Shown here: positions 1 through 10,280 of the stretch, one piece after another
How positions within the stretch are numbered: the first letter of the stretch is position 1
How the letters are laid out: each line of letters opens with the position of its first letter
Source: an uncultured Planctomycetaceae bacterium
GTDB lineage: Bacteria; Planctomycetota; Planctomycetia; Isosphaerales; Isosphaeraceae
Direction: 5' to 3'
Assembly (NCBI GenBank): GCA_963833985.1
Contig: CAWIAD010000002.1
Location: 4,960,001-5,024,000, forward strand
Length of the DNA: 64,000 nucleotides
Translations under genes and position numbers: made by a program
Notes under the pieces: generated by a model
Database searches by the model: none
What the model was told of the DNA's origin: nothing
Seen by the model: the letters and a program-made list of their open reading frames with translations, nothing else

Positions 1-59
1 AGTGACGGAATCGAAGGAACTCGGCGCGGCAGGTGGCATGACCACAAGGAACGACCAGG

Positions 60-959
60 ATGGCCAGCTCACCCAGAAAACCCCGGGCCCGGAAAACACA
101 GTCGTGCAAGTTCGGTGCCCACATGTCGATTGCCGGCGGCTGTGAACGGGCGGTCGCCGCGGCGCACGAGGTCGGTTGCGAGGCTTTGCAGATCTTCACC
201 AAGAACAGCAACCAGTGGAAGGCGACGCCGCTGACGGCCGACCAGGCAGCCGCGTTCCGTCTGGCCATCCAGCAAACCGGGATCGGGCATACCGTGGCGC
301 ACACCTCGTACCTGATCAACCTGGCCAGCCCGGACGATGCACTCTGGAAGCGGTCGATCGAGGCCCTGGTCGTCGAGGTCGGACGGTGCCACGACCTGGG
401 CATTCCGGATCTCGTGGTGCACCCCGGTGCTCACATGGGTAGTGGCGAGGACGCCGGGCTGCGGAGGATCGCCATGGCGATCGACGAGCTGCACCGCCAG
501 GTCGAGGATCCCGGCGTGCTCCTGGACCTGGAAACGACCGCGGGGCAGGGGACTTCCCTGGGCTGCCGGTTCGAGCACTTGCAGGCCATCCTCGAGCTCG
601 TGGAGCACCCGGACCGCCTGGGTGTTTGCGTGGACACCTGCCACATTTTCGCGGCAGGCTATTCTCTGGATGGCCAGGAAGAGTACGATGAAACGATCCG
701 GCAACTGGACGGGATCATCGGCATCAACCGGTTGCGCGTCTTGCATTTGAACGATAGCAGCCGTGAGCGCGGCAGCCGCGTGGACCGGCACGCCGGGATC
801 GGGGCCGGCAAGATCGGCCTGGACGCCTTCCGGCGGATCGTCAACGACCTGCGGTTCCGCCACCTGCCGATGATCCTGGAAACGCCCAAGGGAATCGAGA
901 ACGGCGAGGATCTGGACACCCGCAACCTGAAGACCCTCAGGCAGCTCGTGGTCGCGTGA
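60..959 (+). CDS. nfo: Endonuclease IV (AP endonuclease family 2)
   Basis: Motifs GAHMSIAGG, QIFTKN, HTSYLINLAS, VHPG, ETTAGQG, DTCH, HLNDS, DRH and ETP. Confidence 0.95.
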   Translation: MASSPRKPRARKTQSCKFGAHMSIAGGCERAVAAAHEVGCEALQIFTKNSNQWKATPLTADQAAAFRLAIQQTGIGHTVAHTSYLINLASPDDALWKRSIEALVVEVGRCHDLGIPDLVVHPGAHMGSGEDAGLRRIAMAIDELHRQVEDPGVLLDLETTAGQGTSLGCRFEHLQAILELVEHPDRLGVCVDTCHIFAAGYSLDGQEEYDETIRQLDGIIGINRLRVLHLNDSSRERGSRVDRHAGIGAGKIGLDAFRRIVNDLRFRHLPMILETPKGIENGEDLDTRNLKTLRQLVVA

Positions 960-1120
960 GTGGCCCGGACCGATCCGAACCCAATCGGTCCGATTTGGTC
1001 CGCTCCAGCTCGCCGCGCCCCCCTCTTTCCCGCCAGGCATTCCGCGCGTCGCGTCCTGATGCTCGTGTTCAGGGCGATCGCGCTTGCAAAGACCTCAAGG
1101 TCCTGTTGGGGATTGATGTC

Positions 1121-3301
1121 GTGGCCACAACGTACAGTCAACTCAATGGCCCGCCAGCCGTCTCCATGCCCCCGGCGCCGCCCCATGATCCGACGCTCTT
1201 CTTCAACCGCGAGCTGAGCTGGCTCGACTTCAATGAGCGGGTGCTCGAGGAAGCACGCGACCCGTCCAACCCGCTGCTCGACCGGCTCAAGTTCGTGGCG
1301 ATCTGCGCGTCGAACCTCGACGAATTCTTCGAGGTCCGCGTGGCCGGCTTGCAGGCGCAGCTCTACGAGAACCTCGAGCCCCAGGACATGCCTCCCGACG
1401 GCCTGGGACCGCTGGCCCAGTTGCTGGAGATCGCCCGCCGCGCCCATGACTTCGTGGCCCGGCTCTACGAGACCTGGATCCAGCAGATCCACCCGCAGCT
1501 CCGCGAGCACGGCATCCGGATCTGCTCGCCCGGCGACCTCACGCCGTCGCAGAACGCTTTCCTCGACGACTACTTCGACAGCCAGGTCTACCCGGTCCTC
1601 ACGCCACTGGCCATCGATCCGGCCCATCCCTTCCCACACGTCCACAACAAGAGCCTGAACCTGCTCTTGCGCATCGAATCGCTGACCCAGCACGGCCGCC
1701 TGCTGTACGCCGTGCTCCAGGTGCCCTCGGTGATCAACCGGCTGGTTCCGCTGCCCGACGAGGGAGACGCCCAGCGCCGGTTCCTGCTGCTGGAGGACGT
1801 GATCGGCCCGCGGCTCGACGCACTCTTCGGCGGTTACCGCGTGATCGAGCGCGTGGCCTTCCGCGCCACCCGCAACAGCGACCTGTCAATCCAGGAAAAC
1901 GAGGTCAAGAGCAGCCTCCTGTCCACGATCGAGGAGACCTTGCGGCAGCGCAAATGGGGCGCGCCGGTCCGGCTCGAGATCTCCGAACGCGCTGACGACG
2001 GGTTGCTGGCCCAGCTCCTTTCGGCCTCGGCGCTGGAGCTGGAGGAACGCGACGTCTACAAGGTGCCCGGCCCCGTCGATCTGACCGCCCTGGCGTCGCT
2101 CTACCGGCTCGATGGCTACCGCGAGCTCAAGGAGCCGCCCTTCGAGCCGCAGATGCCCGCGGCCATGGCCACGCGCAAGAATGTCTTCGCCGCCATCCGC
2201 GACGGCGACATCCTCGTCCATCACCCTTACGAATCGTTCGGCACGGTCGTGCAGTTCATCGAGCAGGCCAGCGAGGATCCCCAGGTCCTGGCCATCAAGA
2301 TGACCCTGTATCGCACCGCTGACGCCAACCCCATCATCAACGCCCTGGCGCGCGCCGCGGAGATCGGCAAGCAGGTCACCGCGCTGGTGGAGCTCCAGGC
2401 CCGGCTCGACGAGGAGAACAATATCGACAAGGCCAGGATGCTTCAGAAGGCCGGAGTGCACGTCGTCTACGGCATCGTCGGCCTGAAGACGCATTGCAAG
2501 GCAGCGCTCGTGGTCCGCCGCGAGCACGATGGCATCCACCGCTACGTGCACCTGGGCACCGGCAACTACAACCCCACCACCGGCCGCCTCTACACGGACC
2601 TGTCGTACTTCACCTGCCGTCCCGCCTACGGCGAGGACGCCAGCGCCCTGTTCAACCTGCTGACGGGCTACTCGCAGGGCGGGCAGATGAACAAGCTGGT
2701 CGTCGCGCCCATGCACCTCGCCGGCACGCTCACCTCGCTCATCGAGCGCGAGGCCGCCCATGCCAGGGCGGGCCGGCCGGCGCGGATCATCGCGAAGATG
2801 AACTCGCTGGTGGACCCCGGCATCATCGAGACCCTCTACACGGCTTCGAGCGCCGGGGTCAAGATCGACCTCATCATCCGTGGCATCTGCTGCCTGCGAC
2901 CCGGCGTGCCCAGCGTCTCCCAGAACATCCGCGTCGTGAGCATCCTCGACAAGTATCTCGAACACTCTCGGATCAGCTACTTCATGAACGACGGCCAGTC
3001 CGAGGTGTTCCTCTCCTCGGCCGACTGGATGCCCCGCAACTTCCGACGCAGGGTTGAGTTGATGTTCCCCGTCGAGGACCCTGCCCTGCGGACGCGGATC
3101 GTCGATCGCATCCTCGCCATCGTGCTCTCCGATAACCTCAAGGCGCGCGAGCTCCTGTCCGACGGCACCTACCGAAGAGTCAAGCCGCAGCCCGGAGAGC
3201 CGATCATCCGTTCCCAGGTCGAGTTTCAGAACATCGCCCGCGAGAACGCCGAGGACGCCTCCATCCACCCGGCCGTGCCGGCTATTGCGGGACCGGGGTG
3301 A
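1121..3301 (+). CDS. ppk1: Polyphosphate kinase 1
   Basis: Motifs FFNRELSWLDFNERVL, SNLDEFFEVRVAG, HHPYESF, KTHCK, GTGNYN, LEHSR and SADWMPRN. Start uncertain (956, 1121 or 1166). Confidence 0.95.
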   Translation: MATTYSQLNGPPAVSMPPAPPHDPTLFFNRELSWLDFNERVLEEARDPSNPLLDRLKFVAICASNLDEFFEVRVAGLQAQLYENLEPQDMPPDGLGPLAQLLEIARRAHDFVARLYETWIQQIHPQLREHGIRICSPGDLTPSQNAFLDDYFDSQVYPVLTPLAIDPAHPFPHVHNKSLNLLLRIESLTQHGRLLYAVLQVPSVINRLVPLPDEGDAQRRFLLLEDVIGPRLDALFGGYRVIERVAFRATRNSDLSIQENEVKSSLLSTIEETLRQRKWGAPVRLEISERADDGLLAQLLSASALELEERDVYKVPGPVDLTALASLYRLDGYRELKEPPFEPQMPAAMATRKNVFAAIRDGDILVHHPYESFGTVVQFIEQASEDPQVLAIKMTLYRTADANPIINALARAAEIGKQVTALVELQARLDEENNIDKARMLQKAGVHVVYGIVGLKTHCKAALVVRREHDGIHRYVHLGTGNYNPTTGRLYTDLSYFTCRPAYGEDASALFNLLTGYSQGGQMNKLVVAPMHLAGTLTSLIEREAAHARAGRPARIIAKMNSLVDPGIIETLYTASSAGVKIDLIIRGICCLRPGVPSVSQNIRVVSILDKYLEHSRISYFMNDGQSEVFLSSADWMPRNFRRRVELMFPVEDPALRTRIVDRILAIVLSDNLKARELLSDGTYRRVKPQPGEPIIRSQVEFQNIARENAEDASIHPAVPAIAGPG

Positions 3302-3338
3302 ACGCAAACGCCACTCCAGACATGACGGACCCTCAGGC

Positions 3339-3875
3339 TCAGAACGCGTACCGCACCTCGACGGCCCGCGGCTCCAGCGGAGGGATCGCCAGCGGCTCGA
3401 CCGCCGACGCTCCGCGCACCACGCAGCTCTCCCAGCGTGGGATCGCCCCCGTGCGGTAGAAGGTTTCGACATACTTCCAGTCGGTCTCCGCGGAATCAGC
3501 GTACCAGCCGTCGAGATGGCGGATGCCCGCTTCATGCAGGAGCTGCAAGCCGAACCGCGCGGCGTTGCGCTCGTAGCGCTCTAGGGCCTGGAGGTAGACC
3601 TCCAGGTCGTGGTCCGCGACGCCTTCGATCTCGGGCCGGTACGAAGGCGCGACCCATTGCACCGAATGGCCGAAGAGGTGCAGCACCAGGAAGCACTGCA
3701 TCTCGAAATCGACCTCCGGGTCGATCGTGATCCTCAACCCGTCGAAGATCCCCAGCTTGGGGCGCTCGAGCGTGCCAAATTCCAGGGCGAGATGATAGCT
3801 CACGACCCGGGACGAGATCCCGGTCCAGAGCCCGACCAGCGTCGCGGCGTCGAGCTCTCCCACGGAGGCGGGCAT
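3339..3875 (-). CDS. Hypothetical protein with an HxxxH (zincin-like) motif
   Basis: 178-aa ORF with protein-like composition, a purine-rich RBS and LHLFGHSVQW followed by a downstream Glu (YERNA). Confidence 0.7.
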   Translation of the reverse strand: MPASVGELDAATLVGLWTGISSRVVSYHLALEFGTLERPKLGIFDGLRITIDPEVDFEMQCFLVLHLFGHSVQWVAPSYRPEIEGVADHDLEVYLQALERYERNAARFGLQLLHEAGIRHLDGWYADSAETDWKYVETFYRTGAIPRWESCVVRGASAVEPLAIPPLEPRAVEVRYAF

Positions 3876-4540
3876 TTCTGGTTCCCCCTGGCCTTGCCAG
3901 GAAAACGGTCACTGCCTTCCCGCGGCAGCCGGCGCCGGTCTGCCGCAACGCCATATCGGTCACCTACAGAAACGTTCGCGTTCCTGGAAGGCTTCTTTGC
4001 ACCGTCGGGCTTCTCTCCCAGAGACGCAGTCGGAGCAGGCGGACCTGCCAGCCTTACGGCGGCACGCGAAGACTACCAGGCATGAGACCGCGCCCGCCGG
4101 CGAAGACTCGCCCGAAATGGCTTCGTTCCGTCCATCCGGCATCGAAGCCATCGGTCGCTAACCATTTGCCTGATTGAAGTTAAACATCCTTTTTCGATTG
4201 GCTTCGATTTTCGCATTTCTTTCTCGGGATGTCCTGAGGCGGGCCAGAAATCTCTTGGGCCAGCGCGACGCCTGGCGGCGGAGGCGCCGCGCTGGTTTGA
4301 ACTATCGACCGAATTGTCAAAGAGTCTCGGCACAGTGCCGTCTCATTCAGTCTACGATCGGAACGGCGGGCGTTTGCGAGATTCCCCGCGGTCCGCTCTT
4401 CTTGTGCCGGCGCGGTCGGATCCTTTCACATCAGGTGTCCCATGCGTCTGCTCTTCTCCTCGATCCACTGTTATTTCGACGCCTCCGGCATCGCATCGCC
4501 GTGCACCCGCGAGGTGCTCGAGCTGCCGGCGGCACGGAGG

Positions 4541-4563
4541 CCTCGGGCGGAAGCCCGACCCGC
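4541..4563 (-). repeat. REP-like hairpin, class B, copy 1
   Basis: Minus strand reads GCGG-GTCGGGC-TTCC-GCCCGAG; near-identical to the copy at 4820-4843. Confidence 0.7.
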
Positions 4564-4616
4564 ACGTCGTCGCATCGCACGCAAGGCCCCGGCGCCGGTC
4601 CGCCGGTCCCGGCTTT

Positions 4617-4800
4617 CGTGGCGCATGCCCACGTGCGCCAGCGCCCTGAGAGTCCGCGGCACATGGCCACGTGCGCCAACGGCCTGGCCTCCGTGGCACA
4701 TGCCCACGTGCGCGAGCGCCCTGGCGTCCGCGGCGCATGGCCACGTGCGTCAGCGCCATGGACTCTGCGGCGCACGGCCACGTGCGTGAGCACGTGGTTT
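4617..4800 (+). repeat. Five tandem 37-38 bp units, each with a REP-like hairpin (class A)
   Basis: Units start at 4617, 4655, 4692, 4729 and 4766. Core is G(T/C)GG-C(A/G)CA(T/C)G-(C/G)CCA-CGTGCG. Confidence 0.9.
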
Positions 4801-4819
4801 TCACGGGCGCAGCCCCCAA

Positions 4820-4843
4820 CCTCGGGCGTGAGCCCGACCTGCA
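4820..4843 (-). repeat. REP-like hairpin, class B, copy 2
   Basis: Minus strand reads GCAG-GTCGGGC-TCAC-GCCCGAG. Confidence 0.7.
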
Positions 4844-4885
4844 TCTCGGGCACCGCGCCGCATCACGCGTATCACCGCCTCGTCG

Positions 4886-5938
4886 TCACCTCACCGCGCA
4901 CCCGCCCAGGTTCGCCAGGTGATGCCGGCCCAGGCGCCCGGCCACGTCCCGCAGCCGTTCCCGGCTTGCCGCGAAGAACCGCCCCAGCAGCCGGCCCCCG
5001 GCCAGCTTCAGCAGCCGCGCTTGCCAGCTCTCGGCATTGCTCCCCAGCCGTTCCAGGATCCCCGCCAGTTCCGCCGAGATCGCCGCCTTCCCCTCGCGAT
5101 ACAGCCGCCCGGTGTACTCTACCAGCAGCAGATAGCTGCCCAGCGAGAACCCCTCGACCATCCCTTCGCGACCGCGACCGGAGTCCGAGTCCGAGTCAAG
5201 CCCCCGTCGGTCCTCGATCGGGCACAGCCACAGCCCCTCCTCCAGCCCCTCCGCCGCCTGCGACCCCGCCACGCTGCCGGCCTCGGCGGCCTTCAGGTCC
5301 TCGGCTCGCCCCTGCTCCTGGACGTGCTCGACCCGCTGCTTGATCGACGTGTGGGCACTCGCCTCGGGCACCTCGGCGATGCCCGCGGCCACCGGGTTCA
5401 GATCGATGTAAGTGCAAGTGGCCAGCAACGATTCCTCATCGAGGATCGCCACGCTCTGGAACCGCCCCTCGAAGAACGCCCCGCGGGTGTTCTCCTCGCG
5501 GTTGGCCATCCGCGACAGCGGCTCCTTGAGGCACTTCATGAACCAGCTCAGGCTTTGCAGCCGCTGGCGTGCCATCACCACCCACTTCACGTCTTTCAGC
5601 CGTTCCTTGACCCACGCCTCCGAGATCGCAACCGCCCGCCGCGTCTTGTCGCGCGGTGGAAACAGCCTCCCCCAGCGCCGCACGACCTCTTCATCCGCCC
5701 ACCCCGCAGCCACATCCGGGTCGAGCCGCACCAGCAGATGCAGATGGTTATCGAGGATGGCGAACCCTCCCACGGCCACCGAGAAGATCTCCGCAAGTTC
5801 CCGCAACCGCCGTTCGATCCATTCTTTACGGTCGAGATGCCCCTCGCCCAGTAGGAACGCCCGCCGCACACAGCGGCTAATGCAGTGATACCAGCGGGTG
5901 ACCGACGGATCCACCAGATGCGCACGGGCAATCGTCAT
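4886..5938 (-). mobile_element. REP-associated tyrosine (HUH/Y1) transposase, RAYT/TnpA-REP-like, 350 aa
   Basis: YHCISRCVRRAFL N-terminus, HUH motif NHLH, FFEGRFQS and catalytic Tyr in YIDLNP. GGAGG RBS precedes the ATG at 5938; REP array lies downstream. Confidence 0.9.
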
Positions 5939-5965
5939 GCACGGACCTCCCAGCAAGATCCGCAC

Positions 5966-5994
5966 AAGCTACCCAATTCCACCGCCCGAGTCAA
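5966..5994 (-). promoter_or_regulatory. Putative sigma70 promoter of the transposase
   Basis: TTGACT (5989-5994), 17-nt spacer, TAGCTT (5966-5971) on the minus strand. Confidence 0.6.
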
Positions 5995-6044
5995 GGCTGC
6001 GTTGCATGTCCTTTTTTTCTTTTTTCTTCCTTTTTTTCTTTTCC
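5993..6044 (+). repeat. Element-end motif AAGGCTGCGTTGCATGTCC plus 33-nt pure pyrimidine tract
   Basis: 17/19 identical to 63813-63831; the tract at 6012-6044 contains only C and T. Confidence 0.75.
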
Positions 6045-6236
6045 GACCGGCGCATGGCGTTTGACCGACTCGCCTCTTCGGCAAGAACTTCCATCAGCCT
6101 CTAGGATCGATCTGCGTGGTTTTATAGAATGCATCGTGGTCCTCTCAAGGATTCGGTCCTTGATCTCGGGTTCGTGAATCAGCGACGTGCACTCCGCGCG
6201 GCGGTTGCCGGCGGGCGTGCCGCGATGGGGCTGCGC

Positions 6237-7067
6237 ATGCTGGCCAAGCGGATCATCCCTTGCCTTGACGTGAACCACGGTCGAGTGGTCAAGGGCACCA
6301 ATTTTTTGAATCTCCGCGATGCCGGCGACCCGGTAGAAGTGGCGGCCCGGTACGACGCGGAGGGGGCCGACGAGCTCGTTTTCCTGGATATCACCGCCAG
6401 CCACGAGGAGCGGGCGATCCTCTGGGACGTGGTCCGGCGCACGGCCGAGGTTTGCTTCATGCCGCTGACGGTGGGTGGAGGAATTCGCAGCCTGGACGAC
6501 ATCCGGGCACTTTTGAAAGCGGGCGCCGACAAGGTGTCAATCAACTCCGCCGCCGTTCGCGACCCGGAACTCGTGCACCGCGCCGCGCGCAGGTTCGGCA
6601 GCCAGTGCATTGTGGTGAACATTGACCCCAAGCGCGTGCTGCGCGACGGCCGGGAGGTCTGGGAGGTGCACATCAACGGCGGCCGTGTGCCGACGGGCCG
6701 GGAAGCCGTGGCCTGGGCTCGCGACGTGGAGCAACTGGGAGCCGGGGAGATCGTACTCACGAGCATGGACGCCGACGGCACGAAGAACGGTTACGATCTG
6801 GCAATGACACGCGCCGTGGTCGATGCGGTGGAAGTGCCGGTGGTGGCCTCCGGCGGGGCCGGCCAGCCCGAGCATCTCCGCGCTGCGCTGGTCGAGGGGG
6901 GGGCGAGTGCGGCCCTGGCGGCCAGCATCTTCCACTATCGCGAGTACTCCATCGCTGCCACCAAGGATTACCTGGCCCGTCACGGTGTGCCGGTGCGCCA
7001 GGTTTTTCCCGCTGACGGCGGCTCGACCCCGCCGGGCGGCAAGCTCTCGACCGCCCGGACCGGGTGA
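6237..7067 (+). CDS. hisF: Imidazole glycerol phosphate synthase cyclase subunit
   Basis: [52 protein letters not shown] and ASGGAG. Confidence 0.97.
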   Translation: MLAKRIIPCLDVNHGRVVKGTNFLNLRDAGDPVEVAARYDAEGADELVFLDITASHEERAILWDVVRRTAEVCFMPLTVGGGIRSLDDIRALLKAGADKVSINSAAVRDPELVHRAARRFGSQCIVVNIDPKRVLRDGREVWEVHINGGRVPTGREAVAWARDVEQLGAGEIVLTSMDADGTKNGYDLAMTRAVVDAVEVPVVASGGAGQPEHLRAALVEGGASAALAASIFHYREYSIAATKDYLARHGVPVRQVFPADGGSTPPGGKLSTARTG

Positions 7068-7175
7068 TGGATGATCCCACGGACTCTCGACCAGGAACGC
7101 CGATCCACGAACCGTAGCGAGCTGCCCGCAACCCTCATTGAATTTCATCCGCCATTCGTTCCAGGAGTGCAGACC

Positions 7176-8327
7176 ATGTCCACCGCGATCGAGGCTCCGA
7201 TCGAGAGCATTGCCAACGAGCCCGAGGCCAACAAGCTGTTCCGGATGGTGATGAAGTACAAGGGGTCGGACCTGCACCTGAAGGTCGGCTTCCCGCCGTC
7301 CATGCGGCTGGCCGGGGTCTTGCGGCAGATGCAGCTTCCGAACCTCACCACGGCCGACATGGAGCGGCTGATGTACCCGCTGCTCTCGCCACGCCAGCGC
7401 GGGATTCTTGACGAGGAAGGCGGTGTCGACTTCGCGCACATCGTTTACGACGGCGAGCTGGAGACCCGGTTCCGCGTCAACCTGTTCAAGCAGCGCGGGC
7501 GGTTGAGCCTGGTGGCCCGCCGTGTGAACAACCAGATTCCCAGCTTCGAGGACCTGCACCTGCCGGCCGTGCTCGCCGAGATCACCCAGTACGACCAGGG
7601 GATCATCATCCTCGCGGGCGTGACCGGGTCCGGCAAGAGCACGACGATCGCCTCGATGCTCCAGTACATGAACGAGCGCGAGCGGCTCCATATCGTGACC
7701 ATCGAGGACCCGATCGAGTACACCTTCAAGGACGACAAGTCGATCATCAACCAGCGCGAGGTGGGCATCGACGTCATCGACTGGGACGTGGCGCTCAAGC
7801 ACGCGGTGCGGCAAGACCCGGACGTGATCCTGGTGGGTGAGATGCGCGACCGCGAGACCTTCAGCGCGGCCATGCACGCCGCCGAGACCGGCCACCTGGT
7901 CTTCGGCACCATCCATGCTGGCACGGCCCCGTCGACCATCGGCCGGTTGCTTGACCTCTTCCCGCGTGATATGCACTCGTCGCTGCGGCAGTCGCTGGCG
8001 TTCAACCTCAAGGCCATCATCGCCCAGAAGCTGCTCCCGACCACCAAGGAGCTGGCCGCCAAGGGGACGACGCGTGTGCCGACCAACGAGATCATGCGTG
8101 TCAACCCGACGGTCAAGAAGCTGATCCTCAACGAGGAGGACAACAAGCTGGGCGACGCCATCCGGATCGGCAAGGAAGAAGGCATGATGGACTTCACCGA
8201 GAGCTTGCGGCAGCTCGTGGTCGCCGAGAAAATCGAGCGTGGAGTCGCCTTCGAGGTCGCTCCCAGCCCCGAGTCTTTGAAAATGGCGCTGAAGGGGATT
8301 ACGATCGCTCAACCGGGTATTCTGTAA
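7176..8327 (+). CDS. pilT: PilT/PilU-family type IV pilus ATPase
   Basis: SDLHLK, RFRVN, Walker A GVTGSGKST, TIEDPIE, RQDPDVILVGEMRD and AETGHLVFGTIH. AGGAG RBS. Confidence 0.88.
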   Translation: MSTAIEAPIESIANEPEANKLFRMVMKYKGSDLHLKVGFPPSMRLAGVLRQMQLPNLTTADMERLMYPLLSPRQRGILDEEGGVDFAHIVYDGELETRFRVNLFKQRGRLSLVARRVNNQIPSFEDLHLPAVLAEITQYDQGIIILAGVTGSGKSTTIASMLQYMNERERLHIVTIEDPIEYTFKDDKSIINQREVGIDVIDWDVALKHAVRQDPDVILVGEMRDRETFSAAMHAAETGHLVFGTIHAGTAPSTIGRLLDLFPRDMHSSLRQSLAFNLKAIIAQKLLPTTKELAAKGTTRVPTNEIMRVNPTVKKLILNEEDNKLGDAIRIGKEEGMMDFTESLRQLVVAEKIERGVAFEVAPSPESLKMALKGITIAQPGIL

Positions 8328-8460
8328 GATCAGGTTTCGAAGGAGCAAGGCGAGGCCCCGGCGACGCCAGGCCGGCGGATTTTGCTGGTGCGTTCTTGCC
8401 GTCGCCTGCGCTTGCCGACGAACTGGGCCAGAGACCGAGAGTTCCAAGAAAGGTTGGCTG

Positions 8461-10208
8461 ATGACTCGCCCGCTCGTGGTGCTCGCGACATTTTTTCTCG
8501 TGACCCTGGGCGCCGCCGCCGGCGCCGAAGCCGCGGAATGGCTTGCCCCGGTGCTGGCCCAGGCGCCCTCGATCGTGCGCGGACCTGGCTTTTATCTGAA
8601 CATTTACAAGCTGGCGCCGGTCCTGATCATCTTCCTGCTCTGGACCTGGACCACGGACTGGGTCGAGCATGACACCAAGGAGCTGAACAATGTCAGGTTC
8701 GCCCTCTGGAACAGCGTGGTCTTCTTCTCGGGCGTTCTGGGACTGGTGCTCATCTTCGCCATTCCCATCTACCCGCTGAGCCTGGTCCTGCTCTTGCTGG
8801 CCTACTTCGTGCCGATTCTCACGTACTCCTATGTCCGGAACCAGACGGTTCCCGACGAGCAAAAGGTGCTCACTCCGTATCACCTGGGTGAGGTGGTCAA
8901 CAGCATCTTGCTGTCGCTGGGCATCCGGCCCATGTTCAACAAGAACGTGAGCATGGTCGATCGGGCCGGTCCGCCGATCACGTTCGTGGGCAAGAGCGCC
9001 GGCATGGTCAAGGAAGATCCCAACCGCGTGCACCAGGCCGAGGAATCGCGATCCTTCATGGCGGCCAAGGAGCTGGTCTACGACGCGGTCCTCCGCCGCG
9101 CGACGGATATCCACCTGGAGCCGACCACCGAGCAGCTCTCGGTGCGGTACCGCATCGACGGCATTTTGCACGCCGCCGAGCCCTTCGACCGGCCCACGGG
9201 CGACGCGGTGATCAACGTCTTCAAGGTGCTCTCGGCGATGGACATCTCCGAGAAGCGAAAGCCGCAAGACGGCTCCTTCGGCGCCAAGCTTCAGGCCCGC
9301 GATCTCGATTTCCGCGTGGCCACATCGGGATCCAAGGCCGGGGAAAAGCTGGTGATGCGTATCCTCGACAACTCGGGGTCCATCACCAAGCTGGAAGACC
9401 TGGGCATGCGCCCAAGTTCATCGAACAGGTGCGCGGGATGGTCACGCAGCCGCATGGCATGTTCCTCTGCTGCGGGCCCACGGGGTCAGGCAAATCCACC
9501 ACCCTGTACGCGTCGCTCCGGGAAATCGACCGCTACCAGCGCAACATCATCACGGTCGAGGACCCCATCGAATACCACCTCGACAACATCACCCAGATGG
9601 AGGTCAACACCAAGGCGGGCCAGACCTTCGCCACGTCGCTGCGGTCGATCCTGCGGCAAGACCCCGACGTGATCATGATTGGTGAGATCCGCGACCAGGA
9701 GACCGCGACCATTGCCTGCCAGGCCGCCAACACCGGGCACATGGTCTTCTCCACGGTCCACTCCAACGACGCCGTGACGGCCCTGTTCCGGCTGCTTGAT
9801 CTGGGGGTGGAACCCTTCATGATCTCGTCGGCTCTTTCCGCGGTGCTCGGCCAGCGGCTGGTACGCTTGCTCTGCGAGGCCTGCAAGGAGCCGTACAAGC
9901 CCAAGCCTGAATTCCTCAAGAAGGCCAACCTGCCGGTGGAGAAAGTCGACGTCTTCTACCGCCGGCCCGAGAACCCCGAACAGGTCTGCCAGCAATGCGG
10001 AGGAACGGGCTACTTCGGACGCACCGGCATCTATGAACTGCTCGTGATCACCGAGCCCTTGCGCGAGATGCTCCGCGAGAACCCTTCGATCAACAAGATC
10101 AAGGCGGAAGCCCGCAAGAATGGGATGATCTATCTTCAGGAGGACGGTCTGCGCCAGGTGATCCAGGGGCGCACGTCCATCGAAGAATTGCTCCGCGTCG
10201 TGAAATGA
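8461..10208 (+). CDS. GspE/PilB-family ATPase with an N-terminal transmembrane region (one frameshift near 9410)
   Basis: ORF 8461-9672 has TM helices, TDIHLEP, RYRIDG and PQDG. ORF 9429-10208 has GPTGSGKSTT, VEDPIE, LRQDPD, two CxxC motifs and GRTGIYE. Adding one base at ATGCGCCC(.)AAG joins them. Confidence 0.9.
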
Positions 10209-10280
10209 GCCAGCCGGACGGACGAGGAGCCTCACGCAGCAGGCGGCGACATCCTTTTCAACATCAAAGAGAGCCGATTC

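Noticed and set aside
3960..4151. 63-aa Cys-rich ORF as a possible RiPP or metal-binding peptide
   Set aside because: No clear RBS, no recognisable family and no modifying enzymes nearby.
4617..4800. Possible CRISPR array (palindromic repeats at regular spacing)
   Set aside because: The intervening 14-16 nt segments are too short and resemble one another, the repeats vary, and there are no cas genes. A REP tandem array fits better.
4174..5343. Long plus-strand ORF with AHAHVR repeats
   Set aside because: It is a translation of the REP array and the antisense strand of the transposase.
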